A stretch of DNA of 64,000 nt from a virus (taxonomy: Duplodnaviria > Caudoviricetes), in IMG/VR virus record IMGVR_UViG_3300021426_000005. One strand, written 5' to 3'. Positions 26,345 to 36,175 of this stretch are shown here, one piece after another. The translations under genes and the position numbers were made by a program. The notes beneath the pieces were generated by a model. That model was not told where the DNA came from. It did not search any database and worked only from the letters and a program-made list of their open reading frames with translations. Within the stretch, counting starts at the first letter, position 1, and every line of letters begins with the position of its first letter.

Positions 26345-27988
26345 CTAATCAAATATTCCGTCCGGCTGCTTGTATCTCCCATCAGGTCTCCCATCAGGAT
26401 TATCCACCCACAGAGTCAGCTTTGTCTTAGCTCTTGTACAACCAACGTAAAAGCAGTTCATTTGATCTTCATTCTTGAACACAGGGAAGCTCTTTCCATT
26501 GACCCCAATCAAATGCACAGAGTCATATTCAAGTCCTTTTGCAGAGTGAATTGTACCTACATATAAACCGTTTTCTGAATTAGTATCCGATAGTAAGAGC
26601 TTATTTACGGCTTTAATTACGTCTGTTATTGTAGGCAGATCCATAAGCTCCTGTTTATGAAATAATCCATTGTTGAATATGGTGTACAGCCCTAAGCAGA
26701 AAATCCTTCCTGATGCTTCAGGTTGACCGGCGATCAATCTTCTTACTTGCATTATTAAATCAATGTCCCTGCGGAACTTGATCCCAAATAACTGAAGAAA
26801 AGTAGCTTCTGTAAAGTCATCGGATATACTACTCATTCTCAGATAGCGACCATAATCATCAGCTGAAAGTTTAGTTGATATCCATTCAACTAGATACTTC
26901 TCATCTACAGCACTGTTCAGTATGTGTCCGACATACCCAGATTTATTGTTGGTAGAATACGGAATGTTGAATGCGGTTAGAAGTTCCACTACCCTAGTTA
27001 CCTCAGCATTGGTTCTGCACAAGATAGCCGTACTTCCAGGCTCTTCTGCGATAGGAATTAGATCCTTTGGTGTATTGTAATCAAATGAAGGTTTGATTAC
27101 AATCGGTTCACCCGGTTTATCGCTGACCATTTCTATATTGAATGGATCATTCTTCCAATCAAAGTGTATTCGATTGGCATACTCGCATATCTGCTGTGTA
27201 GATCTGTAGTTAGTAGGTAAAATTATAGTTTCCCAATCAGAATTTGAAGCGAGCGATTTTATAATTTCACTTGATGTCCCTCTGAAAGAATATAGGTTTT
27301 GCTTCGCATCACCCACAACAAACAGCTTAGATTCATTAAATGATGAAATAAATCCCCACTGTTTATCATCGGTATCTTGGAATTCATCTGCGATCACATA
27401 GTTATATTTCTGCTTGTACTTCCTGATACATTCATGATCATCTATGAATAGTTGTCCTATATCATAACACATAATGTCGAAAGTTATAAGATTTGCTTTT
27501 CTCAGCAACTTCTTGTATGCCAACCAGTAAGTCTTATATTGAAACCGCTTGTTCAGAGGTATTTCGCTTTCAGGCTTATCCAGCTCTGTATCTGAGAGCT
27601 TTGTTCCGACAGCACTTCTAGCTAGACCACGATACTTCTTAATATCTGCATCAGATGCTACTTGCGGAACTTTCATGTACCCCATTACTGACTTAACTGT
27701 AGGATCCATAACAAGTAACTTATAGCAAAAGCTATGAAATGTTCCGAATTGAGGAGTTATGGTTTCACCAGACTGTGCCTTATACCTTATTTCCATTTCA
27801 TGTGCGGCAGCATTGGTAAATGTCAGTGCCAAGATTGAACTGGGATCTACACCCAGTCCTACTAATCGGCAGATACGTTCGATCAAAACAGTCGTTTTTC
27901 CACTACCAGCGGCAGCAATGACACAGATCTTATCAGAATTACTGTTTACAGCAAGCAACTGCTGTTCATTCAGATTCTTCAATGTCAT
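26345..27988 (-). CDS. UvrD/PcrA-like SF1 helicase
   Basis: AAAGSGKT, LTFTNAAA, DEFQDT, VGDAKQ, NYRS, TIHSAKGLE; start moved to MTLKNLN. Confidence 0.93.
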   Translation of the reverse strand: MTLKNLNEQQLLAVNSNSDKICVIAAAGSGKTTVLIERICRLVGLGVDPSSILALTFTNAAAHEMEIRYKAQSGETITPQFGTFHSFCYKLLVMDPTVKSVMGYMKVPQVASDADIKKYRGLARSAVGTKLSDTELDKPESEIPLNKRFQYKTYWLAYKKLLRKANLITFDIMCYDIGQLFIDDHECIRKYKQKYNYVIADEFQDTDDKQWGFISSFNESKLFVVGDAKQNLYSFRGTSSEIIKSLASNSDWETIILPTNYRSTQQICEYANRIHFDWKNDPFNIEMVSDKPGEPIVIKPSFDYNTPKDLIPIAEEPGSTAILCRTNAEVTRVVELLTAFNIPYSTNNKSGYVGHILNSAVDEKYLVEWISTKLSADDYGRYLRMSSISDDFTEATFLQLFGIKFRRDIDLIMQVRRLIAGQPEASGRIFCLGLYTIFNNGLFHKQELMDLPTITDVIKAVNKLLLSDTNSENGLYVGTIHSAKGLEYDSVHLIGVNGKSFPVFKNEDQMNCFYVGCTRAKTKLTLWVDNPDGRPDGRYKQPDGIFD

Positions 27989-28277
27989 CTTCCTTTCCAG
28001 CCCAAGGCTTGATGTGAATATCGGTAATGTCAGAGAACAAAGCCCTTCCTTTAGCCGTGACATAGTATGCTTTGCTCTCCCCTATCGCCATATATCCCCA
28101 TTCTACAAGCTGATTGAGATACGGCTTATCCTCTGCTGTAGCATAGTAATAGTTCATGTGCGGTTCAAATCTATGCCAAGTTCTACCTATAACCAGACTA
28201 CCACGATAGCCTATTGTGCTCCGTATCAGCATAATGTGACGTAGGGTAATGGAATCGATTAACTTTGGATCAACCAT
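27966..28277 (-). CDS. hypothetical protein
   Basis: ORF in operon. Confidence 0.6.
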   Translation of the reverse strand: MVDPKLIDSITLRHIMLIRSTIGYRGSLVIGRTWHRFEPHMNYYYATAEDKPYLNQLVEWGYMAIGESKAYYVTAKGRALFSDITDIHIKPWAGKEDDIEESE

Positions 28278-28632
28278 GTTTCTTCACTTCCTCATCGAAA
28301 TCTATGCCGATTTCGTTCTTCATAAATTCCAGACATTCTATTGTCCCGAATTTCTTCCCTAGGATTCCCGTGGACATGGTTTGAAATGTAGCATCGATAT
28401 TTCGCTTAAACTGCATCAACCGCTGTGTTCGCCAGTTGTATGGTGGCTTGTACAGCGTTGAAAATGCAACCGCAAGTATTTGTGCTGAAGCATCCTTAAT
28501 AGCTGCCTGATATATTTCAGCTTCCTTTGAAGCCCACTGTTCCTCAAGGTAAGCAGTCAGTTCTTCTTCGGTAAAGCACTTTATCTTCTTACTTACGGTA
28601 CCGTCTTTTGCCCGTCTATAGTTTGATTTCAT
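28270..28632 (-). CDS. hypothetical protein
   Basis: ORF in operon. Confidence 0.65.
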   Translation of the reverse strand: MKSNYRRAKDGTVSKKIKCFTEEELTAYLEEQWASKEAEIYQAAIKDASAQILAVAFSTLYKPPYNWRTQRLMQFKRNIDATFQTMSTGILGKKFGTIECLEFMKNEIGIDFDEEVKKHG

Positions 28633-28940
28633 GGTAAATCCTCTTCTCCTATATATTCAGATAACTCTTCTACAATGTCTTCATAATCGTTTTCGTCTAG
28701 TACCTGAATACAGGCAGCTACATCACTGCCACACTTATTCGCAATGTAAGTCATTAGCTGTTCTGTTGTAGAAAAGAACATCATACCGTCCGGAGTGACC
28801 AACCCTTTTGTCCCATCAACTAAAACGGTTGCAATGTCATACTCCCCACCATATATGTTGCCGGTCTTCACAATATCACCACCTAATAAAAATAGTCTAT
28901 GTAAGAATTTCTCCTTACATAGACTATAACGATTGATCAA
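28629..28940 (-). CDS. hypothetical protein
   Basis: ORF in operon; start uncertain. Confidence 0.5.
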   Translation of the reverse strand: MINRYSLCKEKFLHRLFLLGGDIVKTGNIYGGEYDIATVLVDGTKGLVTPDGMMFFSTTEQLMTYIANKCGSDVAACIQVLDENDYEDIVEELSEYIGEEDLP

Positions 28941-28945
28941 GTTAA

Positions 28946-29869
28946 TTATTGATAGTAGAAGTGATTTTGATATCCGTCACCCCACCATGAGTTATCGCTG
29001 TTAAATTCCCCCATATTTGAGAAATAGTAATCTACGGCATCATAGCAAGCCTGAGTAGGTGTACAACACCCAGGCCAATATCCACTAAACTGACCTGGCT
29101 GAGTAAGTACATCATATACAGTTGCAGGAAATCTGCTATCGTATACACGATTCATGACCCCGGCAGCAACCTTAGCTTTACTATATGTGTCAATATACGA
29201 TGACCCAGCTTCATGCCAGACTATTTCTGCAAGTAGCTGCCTATCATAATCAGCTACTGTTGGTGTTTCCGGAACATATTCATGAAGGATTTCCATATCA
29301 GGGCTGCACTCTGAACATTTCCTTGCTTCAATATCCTCAGTATCGGTTATTTCATAACATTCTGAGGAATACCATCTGCACTTGTTTGTATGAATGTAGT
29401 GGGTAGATGGCTTAAATACTGTGAAAGTAGGTTCTTCAACCACAGGTTCTGTTGTTTCAAATTCTTCTTCAATGATTTCTTCTTCGACAATCTCTTCAAT
29501 TTCTTCTGGTTGAAATTGTTCTTCTTCAACGTCAACAACTTCTTCCTCTACAGTTGCTTCCTCTATTTGAACGGTTTCGGTTGTTGACTGTGTACTAGTA
29601 GTGACTACGGCAGTAGTGGTTTCTGTAGTAACTGTAGTGGTCACTGTAGTAGCAGGGGCTGTAGATGTAGCTGTAGTCACTTCAGGAATAAACGGATCCA
29701 CATCATATGCTAGTGCTTCCTTTATTTGAGAAGTCCTAACTGCTACCGGAGTGCTGGGGTCTGTGTCTATGCTGTAGCGTCCACTCCCAATCAACATCAA
29801 AGACAGCATAGAGGGAATTAAAATAATTTGTGTCGCCCTTTTCAAGCGACTTCGGTTTAGAATTTTCAT
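28946..29869 (-). CDS. membrane-anchored SleB/CwlJ-like cell wall hydrolase with Thr/Glu-rich stalk
   Basis: N-terminal hydrophobic segment; LAEIVWHEAG...VMNRV.DSRFPATVYDVLTQPGQF. Confidence 0.85.
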   Translation of the reverse strand: MKILNRSRLKRATQIILIPSMLSLMLIGSGRYSIDTDPSTPVAVRTSQIKEALAYDVDPFIPEVTTATSTAPATTVTTTVTTETTTAVVTTSTQSTTETVQIEEATVEEEVVDVEEEQFQPEEIEEIVEEEIIEEEFETTEPVVEEPTFTVFKPSTHYIHTNKCRWYSSECYEITDTEDIEARKCSECSPDMEILHEYVPETPTVADYDRQLLAEIVWHEAGSSYIDTYSKAKVAAGVMNRVYDSRFPATVYDVLTQPGQFSGYWPGCCTPTQACYDAVDYYFSNMGEFNSDNSWWGDGYQNHFYYQ

Positions 29870-30058
29870 AATGAAATTCCTCCTTGAAATAAATTTATCG
29901 TGTATAAAAACGACTGTGTAGGATTGCTCCCACACAGTCTACAACGATTGCTGTTCAATTATCTTTCGTACAAGGCTATTTATAGCCATTTGTAGGCTGT
30001 TGATACCCTCACAGCCCTAAACCTAAAAATCAGCAGAATTTAAGTCAAATGATTTACA

Positions 30059-30775
30059 TCAGATAAATATCAGACTGTCATCATAGAGAATTGAAGCCGC
30101 TACATCCCCAACGACACCGTCATTTATAGCAGTGATGAGCTTACCCTTGCGTGTTGCGTTGGGGAACACCTGCTGAATCTCATCCATATAATCAGCAGTC
30201 TTTCTGTTGAGCTGATATCCAGATTTTGTTTTCCCCTCATTGCTCTTACCTGTACCCTCATATACAGTTATGTATATTTTTCCACCAGGCTTTACAATCT
30301 TTCTCATGTTTTCAAGAACACCAAGTCTATTCTCAGGTTCTTTTATAACATTGAGAACATTTGAACAGGTAGCAGTATCAGCCCCACCGTGTTCTCTTAC
30401 AAGGTTGATGACTTCTCTGTTATGCTTCTTAGAGCGGTTGAATGGGTCAAGTACCATATTGATAACATCGTACTGTGTCAAATATTCTGCCACATTGTCA
30501 AACCGACCGCCACCGTAATCCACATTGACAGTTCCAGGTTCAAAGGTCACAAGATGAAATAATGCAGGAAGATTCTTAGCATTGATAGATGTATTTTCAG
30601 AAGTAAACTCCTGATCTATCTCCTTGATGGAATCCCACACATCTTCATACACATCATGTTCACCAGTATATTCCTCATAAGGATCTTCTTCTCTGGCACT
30701 ATATATCTTACGTTCGGGATAACAAGCTCTTGCAGAAGAAACGCTGTGTTTTCTACTTCTAACTGTAATTTTCAT
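30059..30775 (-). CDS. class I SAM methyltransferase with basic N-terminal tag
   Basis: VDYGGGRFD, DPFNR, SNVLNVIKE, ITVYEG. Confidence 0.8.
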   Translation of the reverse strand: MKITVRSRKHSVSSARACYPERKIYSAREEDPYEEYTGEHDVYEDVWDSIKEIDQEFTSENTSINAKNLPALFHLVTFEPGTVNVDYGGGRFDNVAEYLTQYDVINMVLDPFNRSKKHNREVINLVREHGGADTATCSNVLNVIKEPENRLGVLENMRKIVKPGGKIYITVYEGTGKSNEGKTKSGYQLNRKTADYMDEIQQVFPNATRKGKLITAINDGVVGDVAASILYDDSLIFI

Positions 30776-30801
30776 AGCAATTTCACCTCAAAAAATAAAA
30801 A

Positions 30802-30842
30802 ATCGGTAATAGAATTACTCTCTATTACCGATATATAAGGTT
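30802..30842 (-). promoter_or_regulatory. AACCTTATATA motif fused to a terminator-like hairpin
   Basis: AACCTTAT-ATCGGTAATAGA...TCTATTACCGAT-TTTTT. Confidence 0.7.
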
Positions 30843-30856
30843 ATTTTGCATTGTAA

Positions 30857-31414
30857 TTAGCGGTCTAATGGTAATCCATAGCGTTGTAACTGTACATTCC
30901 ACCGACCTATTCCATTACCATCTGAGGTTTCCTGCAAGGTATTAAGCCACTGCCTGCTCCAATTCCAGCTATCAGCTACATCAAAACCAGGATAATTGTT
31001 TAAGACCCACAGCCACTTATGATGGAATATATACTCTGAATGTCCGGTCTTGATTGTTCCGTCAGGTTTCACTGTAATATAGTCTCCGACCTTGGGCTCT
31101 CTTGCAGTATCAAAATCAGGCGATTCCTGAAATGATACATCACCGGTTTTAGGGGAATACCGTATGCAGTTATATTCATAGTCTGGATATTCTTCTGATA
31201 GCACTTGTTCTGCATATTCTAAAATATCAAGAGGAATTACATCTTCGGCATAATCCCTATGGAAATATATATCTCCGCCGATTTCTTTACCCACACCGTA
31301 TTTTGAACTTCGTTTTATAGGTGAGCCTTTATATGTTTTAAGGGTAGATCCTACTTCAGTCTGCTTATCATTATACTCCTGCGGAGTAAGTGCAGCTCTT
31401 ATATAACGTTTCAT
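30857..31414 (-). CDS. MKRYIR-tagged protein resembling the accessory domain of the phosphorothioation-associated methyltransferase
   Basis: GKEIGGDIYFH...SFQESPDFD...IFHHKWLWV..YPGF. Confidence 0.55.
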   Translation of the reverse strand: MKRYIRAALTPQEYNDKQTEVGSTLKTYKGSPIKRSSKYGVGKEIGGDIYFHRDYAEDVIPLDILEYAEQVLSEEYPDYEYNCIRYSPKTGDVSFQESPDFDTAREPKVGDYITVKPDGTIKTGHSEYIFHHKWLWVLNNYPGFDVADSWNWSRQWLNTLQETSDGNGIGRWNVQLQRYGLPLDR

Positions 31415-31451
31415 TCATACTACTCCTCGCCATGCGTGATGTGAGCCTACA

Positions 31452-31883
31452 TCAATGTGAGATTTCTTCAAGAGTAAGCGCTTCATTCTTTACCACATCT
31501 TTCTTTGATTGGATATATGCTTCGATGTGCTGGGTGATTATTTCTTCCAGATCAATACCGTTTTTATCAATTATGGCCTTGGTAGTAGTTAGCAGACTAT
31601 CAGTAACATTATTGATCACTGTACGGAGCACATCAGCTTGAGTTTCCTTATTCCAGGCATCATTCTCCTTCAGTACCGCTACCGTGGTCTGCTCACAGTG
31701 ATCTACACAAGTAGCAACGGTAGTTGTTATGTCAGAAATAACTGCCTTGATGTTCTCATTATCGGTTTTAGACTTCAGCCATGAAGCCAGAGCTGGAAGT
31801 AGCACTGTAGTGATCACAGCAGCTAATATGGTAAATACCAATTCAATTATGGATTTAATTACATATTCATTCATAATAATCAC
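31452..31883 (-). CDS. holin-like membrane protein
   Basis: N-terminal TM; C-terminal IEAYI, LL-H-holin-like pattern. Confidence 0.6.
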   Translation of the reverse strand: MIIMNEYVIKSIIELVFTILAAVITTVLLPALASWLKSKTDNENIKAVISDITTTVATCVDHCEQTTVAVLKENDAWNKETQADVLRTVINNVTDSLLTTTKAIIDKNGIDLEEIITQHIEAYIQSKKDVVKNEALTLEEISH

Positions 31884-32362
31884 TTCTCCGGATCGTATTC
31901 AGAAAAATAAGTATTCATAAGGTCCCTCACAAGAACATTGTTGTGGTGTGATGCCTTATCTATCGTATCATTGAAATAGAGCTTTCCTTGGCTATTGAAA
32001 CCACAAAGATGATATTCTCGGTATAGGATTATCAGCTGTTTCAGTTCTTCACTGTAATCTTCATTTCCGGCTTCAATAGCAAGCTGAATCCGTTTCGATT
32101 TCTCAAGGATCTGGGTCTGTAAACCTGTCCGCTGCGCTGATGATAACTTAGTCAATTGTTTTGTTATATCATCAATTGCGGCTTTTGTTTCAGATATGGT
32201 ATCCTTAGTTTCGGCAGTTGTCTGCATTACGTCCTTGATGTACTTTTTGCCGGGATTGATTTTCTCCCAATTATTCAGAACTGCGACTAAAACGGCCGAA
32301 ATCAGCGGTGCGATTACCGATATTAAAGCAAGCATAGTTTCTTTATTCATCGAAATCATCAT
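31880..32362 (-). CDS. membrane protein, possible holin/lysis accessory
   Basis: N-terminal TM plus coiled coil; Y..YH..G.N..G. Confidence 0.55.
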   Translation of the reverse strand: MMISMNKETMLALISVIAPLISAVLVAVLNNWEKINPGKKYIKDVMQTTAETKDTISETKAAIDDITKQLTKLSSAQRTGLQTQILEKSKRIQLAIEAGNEDYSEELKQLIILYREYHLCGFNSQGKLYFNDTIDKASHHNNVLVRDLMNTYFSEYDPEK

Positions 32363-32699
32363 CCTTTACGGACTTTATCAGCCATTTTAGGTACTGGTCG
32401 GTTTCTTTATCGCAAAGAGGACAGATACCGGTGATTTTTTCGACTTCCTGATCTGATTCAACCAATGCTGAAATAAACACTCCGTGACAGGAATCGCATT
32501 CCGCTATGAAGTGGTTAGCGATATTGTTATCAAGTTCGATGTCTATATCATCTTCTTCAACATCATCAATGGTGTCCTGGATGTCCTCAACAGAATCCGA
32601 TATATCATCTATAGTATCCACAATATCGTAATCCTCTTCATCAGCAGCTACAATTCTTGTAGATGATTTTATGGGCTTCCTATTCTTACTCAGCTTCAT
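32343..32699 (-). CDS. acidic zinc-ribbon protein with basic tag
   Basis: MKLSKNRKPIKSSTRIVAA, D/E-rich region, CDSC/CPLC. Confidence 0.7.
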   Translation of the reverse strand: MKLSKNRKPIKSSTRIVAADEEDYDIVDTIDDISDSVEDIQDTIDDVEEDDIDIELDNNIANHFIAECDSCHGVFISALVESDQEVEKITGICPLCDKETDQYLKWLIKSVKDDDFDE

Positions 32700-32753
32700 G
32701 ATGTTCAGCTCCTTACATAAAAATAACGGTAGCAGATGTTATTCTACTACCGT

Positions 32754-32764
32754 TATATAAGGTT
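32754..32764 (-). promoter_or_regulatory. putative late promoter AACCTTATATA
   Basis: Exact motif followed by a hairpin. Confidence 0.7.
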
Positions 32765-32834
32765 AAACATACTTCTTATGTAAAGCCCCTTATGGTACAA
32801 GTATAATACACATAGGGGCTGTTGCAAACTGTTT

Positions 32835-33305
32835 TTATTTGCTAAGAATTCTATTAACTTCTTTCTCAAGTTCGTCAATGGAATATACTTGTTTAGAGCG
32901 ATTTCCAGCCACATTCCTCACGATTACGGTACCGTCTTCTCTGATAAATACCTGCGCAGATGTCCACTTTTTAGGGTCAGATCGTAATAGATAGTTCTTA
33001 CCGTCCATAGTCCAGGCTTCTTTAACATCGTAGGGACTAGATTCCACCCAATCTACAGCAACATCATAAGTGAGTTCATTTGTAGGGGCGACATAATTAG
33101 GATTATTGATTCTGCGCTTGATAACTTTAGCGTTATAGCCATTGTCGATGTAGTCCCTAACATCTTGTTTTGCCAGCTTCAAGGATTCTGAAGATGTGTC
33201 ATCATATACAGCTATATCTTCCCAACCATAGCCAGGAACATATTCCTGTGAAACATACACTTCTATCTTTTTAGCATTTCGAGCGGATTTAATATACCGT
33301 TTCAT
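32835..33305 (-). CDS. MKRYIKS-tagged protein
   Basis: Start moved to ATG 33305 after an AGGAG RBS. Confidence 0.75.
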   Translation of the reverse strand: MKRYIKSARNAKKIEVYVSQEYVPGYGWEDIAVYDDTSSESLKLAKQDVRDYIDNGYNAKVIKRRINNPNYVAPTNELTYDVAVDWVESSPYDVKEAWTMDGKNYLLRSDPKKWTSAQVFIREDGTVIVRNVAGNRSKQVYSIDELEKEVNRILSK

Positions 33306-33383
33306 TGTAGTATTCACTCCTATAGAAAATATTAGTAACACCCTTATTACTGGAGTGTTGCTCTTTTCAGTTCTTCGAGGTTG

Positions 33384-33674
33384 TCAATAACGTGTAAGGA
33401 AGTAATTCAGGCAACCTGTAACGATTTCATCATAAGTATGGGTGAAATCAAAGTCGTCCTGAATGTACTCCCCACCATCTTTCACAAGCCATATGTCATA
33501 CCTATCATCAGGATCTGGTGGGATAAGTTTGAATCTTGCATAGACATCACCATCATCAAATCTGATGATGACCTCTCTATCTGAAACCTCAACACCGTAG
33601 CCGAGGTCCTTAATTTTTTGGTACTGCCAAGAATCTTCCCAATTCTCACGGGAAGATTTGATGTATCTTTTCAT
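33384..33674 (-). CDS. MKRYIKS-tagged acidic protein
   Basis: ORF with tag. Confidence 0.75.
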   Translation of the reverse strand: MKRYIKSSRENWEDSWQYQKIKDLGYGVEVSDREVIIRFDDGDVYARFKLIPPDPDDRYDIWLVKDGGEYIQDDFDFTHTYDEIVTGCLNYFLTRY

Positions 33675-33693
33675 AGAATTACCCCTTTCCCGC

Positions 33694-34008
33694 TCAAAGT
33701 TTTGCTACCGTAGCATCAGCAGAATTGCCGACATAGAGTTCGCCAGTATCTTTGTCTTCGATAAGGATACCAGAACGATAACCATTGGTATCATTCCAGG
33801 CAATGCCTATGATCTCATAGTTCATTTCCATAGGATCAAATGTACCAGCCATATCTTCTGCAATACCGGAAGCTACCATATCCCTGAGTTCTTTTCTGGT
33901 GAATAGGTACTTACCGGGGAATCTGCTTGTCTGCTTGCCGTATTTCTTTCCGTTAGGTGCTTTCCATGCGGAAGCCATTACGGAAGTGGATTTGATATAT
34001 CGTTTCAT
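33694..34008 (-). CDS. MKRYIKS-tagged protein
   Basis: ORF with tag. Confidence 0.75.
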   Translation of the reverse strand: MKRYIKSTSVMASAWKAPNGKKYGKQTSRFPGKYLFTRKELRDMVASGIAEDMAGTFDPMEMNYEIIGIAWNDTNGYRSGILIEDKDTGELYVGNSADATVAKL

Positions 34009-34907
34009 CAGTATTCCTCCTCCCCAGAAATTGCATTGATAGCACGCTCTACAACATCATTTATCCGATCATTGTTATCTATATCTGTAAGATATTCCGG
34101 TACCACAACATTAGCCCATTCTTCTGGATCAACATCAATACCGCGATCATCACATACACTTAATACCATATTCTGCATTAAGGCATCAAGGTTTTCGTAT
34201 AATAGTATGCTGTAATATTCAGACTGACACATCTGAAGCATCCTAACCATATCAGTTGTACCGTCAAGTAAGCCATTAACTGCCGCTTCTTCATATGCAC
34301 CGCTTTCCCAAATTTCATATGCAGATTTGAACAAACTATCATAATAAATATCTACTTCACTATTTGCTTGTTCTGCAATTGCATCTCCAATATATGCGTC
34401 ACTATCGGAGTAGTTATATACAAACCCGTCTAGGCAGTTTTCTGGGGCAAGATGTTCATACGGATAAAAGTCATATTCTGCGTTTAGTACGTTATTGGTT
34501 GCAGCCATGATAGTCTTCCTTCCTTTACGCCTTGTGGAAGCCTGTACATCGTCTTCGTACATGATTTCGTCCTCGTAGTAGTCTCTCAGTTCTTCGGCAA
34601 TAGCCTTCCTCGTAGCAGGACTGAGCATTGCAACTGATCCTCTACCAGAGCCGAATTCTTTGTCGTATCTTCTTACACCTTCGTCTGCAACATACTGCCA
34701 GAGCTTAACCGCAAGATCACGGTCATACTTGCCCTTCTTGTACTTACGCTTCAGATTTTCGATTGCCGGAGTGATACGCTCACGGTAAAGATCTCCATCA
34801 TTTGTGATAGTAAGCACCAGCTCATCTACATCTTCTCTGGAAACCTGAGATCTGTCTACGGCAGCCGCCTTGACCGGTCTGTTATAAGCACGGTTTATCT
34901 TTTTCAT
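34008..34907 (-). CDS. tagged two-domain protein with a C-terminal Ocr-like DNA mimic
   Basis: Start MKKINRAYNRPVKAA; linker VQASTRRKGRKTIMAA; C-domain DAIAEQANSEVDIYY...GLLDGTTDMVRMLQ. Confidence 0.7.
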   Translation of the reverse strand: MKKINRAYNRPVKAAAVDRSQVSREDVDELVLTITNDGDLYRERITPAIENLKRKYKKGKYDRDLAVKLWQYVADEGVRRYDKEFGSGRGSVAMLSPATRKAIAEELRDYYEDEIMYEDDVQASTRRKGRKTIMAATNNVLNAEYDFYPYEHLAPENCLDGFVYNYSDSDAYIGDAIAEQANSEVDIYYDSLFKSAYEIWESGAYEEAAVNGLLDGTTDMVRMLQMCQSEYYSILLYENLDALMQNMVLSVCDDRGIDVDPEEWANVVVPEYLTDIDNNDRINDVVERAINAISGEEEY

Positions 34908-34957
34908 AAGTAAGTTCCTCCTTAATAAAGTGGTTGTGTTATAGTTACCTATAACAC

Positions 34958-34968
34958 TATATAAGGTT
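34958..34968 (-). promoter_or_regulatory. putative late promoter AACCTTATATA
   Basis: Exact motif followed by hairpin GTGTTATAG/CTATAACAC. Confidence 0.7.
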
Positions 34969-34989
34969 ACAAGCCGTGTTTTTTGCATT

Positions 34990-35208
34990 TCACGATGTAG
35001 ATATCGGTCGCAAAGTTATATCATTTTTGCACATATCGCACTTGAATGTGTGGGGCTTTCTACCTAAAAGGTATAGGTTTTCTGTATGATATTCCAGACC
35101 GCAATGAGGGCATTTGTACACCGGATCATTAGAATCATCACTGACACATATTGTTTCTTTTGCATCAGGATCTATCGGCCAGTCTAACGGATTATAGAAA
35201 TGTAACAT
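34990..35208 (-). CDS. small zinc-ribbon protein
   Basis: CPHC, CDMC. Confidence 0.6.
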   Translation of the reverse strand: MLHFYNPLDWPIDPDAKETICVSDDSNDPVYKCPHCGLEYHTENLYLLGRKPHTFKCDMCKNDITLRPISTS

Positions 35209-35220
35209 ATCACCAGCCCC

Positions 35221-36105
35221 TTACAGTATTGAAAGCCGGTCCGCAGTCTGAAGCATAGTAACCATGGGATATTTTTCATTAGCATCCATGAGATCATGTT
35301 TCTGAGCATCAGATACATCATACTCATTCATGTGCCAGCGGATAGCTAAAGCCTGCTCTGTTGTCAGCTTGAATATCTTCATAGCAATGAACATGGAAGT
35401 TACACCATGACCGAATGGAAGTGAAGAACCTTTGTACTTATAAGCAAGCTGCTGTTCCCATACACCAGTTTCTTCATTCTTGACGTTCTTCTTGTAGGGC
35501 TGGTAGAAATCAATCTTACACCAATCATGGCAGATAGCAGCCAGAATAGCCTGAGCCAGATCAACTTCTGCATAAGTATCTATGGTGCTGAGTTCGATTA
35601 TCTTATCTACAACCTTGAGGGTGTGTTTTGCAAGACCACCTGGGCAGCAGTCATGATATATGGTACTTGCCGGAGCTATAAAGAAATCGGTACTTTCAAG
35701 CCACTGAATAGCTCTTGTTACATACTTCTTAGCTGTATCATCATTGCCATGGGTGGCATAACAGCAAGCTATGATATAGTTTTCCAGCTCCTCCTTGATA
35801 AGTTTGATCTGCTCCTGATTAGGATCATCTTTTGCTAACAGCTCCTGGCTAACCCTACCACCGATGTAAACTTCCGGTCTGAACATGGTAAACCGAGTGA
35901 AGTTCTCCATAACCTCCGGAATATCATCAGCGCCGAATGTTTCATCAGCAGGTATGAAATGAGGCTCATGCTGGTCATCAGGGACTATAGTACCTACTTT
36001 AGAATTATCGGAAGTCATCGTTACGGTCCAGGAATCTGATATTCCTATACGCTTGAACCAGTATGCGAATGATTCCTTAAAAGACATTGTATTGATGTTA
36101 AACAT
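35221..36105 (-). CDS. HD-domain hydrolase (YhaM-like)
   Basis: FFIAPAS..YH...GGLAKH, CHDWCK, GHG, AIRWHM, AD. Confidence 0.85.
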   Translation of the reverse strand: MFNINTMSFKESFAYWFKRIGISDSWTVTMTSDNSKVGTIVPDDQHEPHFIPADETFGADDIPEVMENFTRFTMFRPEVYIGGRVSQELLAKDDPNQEQIKLIKEELENYIIACCYATHGNDDTAKKYVTRAIQWLESTDFFIAPASTIYHDCCPGGLAKHTLKVVDKIIELSTIDTYAEVDLAQAILAAICHDWCKIDFYQPYKKNVKNEETGVWEQQLAYKYKGSSLPFGHGVTSMFIAMKIFKLTTEQALAIRWHMNEYDVSDAQKHDLMDANEKYPMVTMLQTADRLSIL

Positions 36106-36175
36106 AAAATCAACTCCTTCATATACATTAACGATTTATATAAACTAGCAATACCGTACTTGTATCTTCACTATA

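Noticed and set aside
29440-29680. Thr- and Glu-rich low-complexity repeats
   Set aside because: Ordinary stalk region of the cell wall hydrolase.
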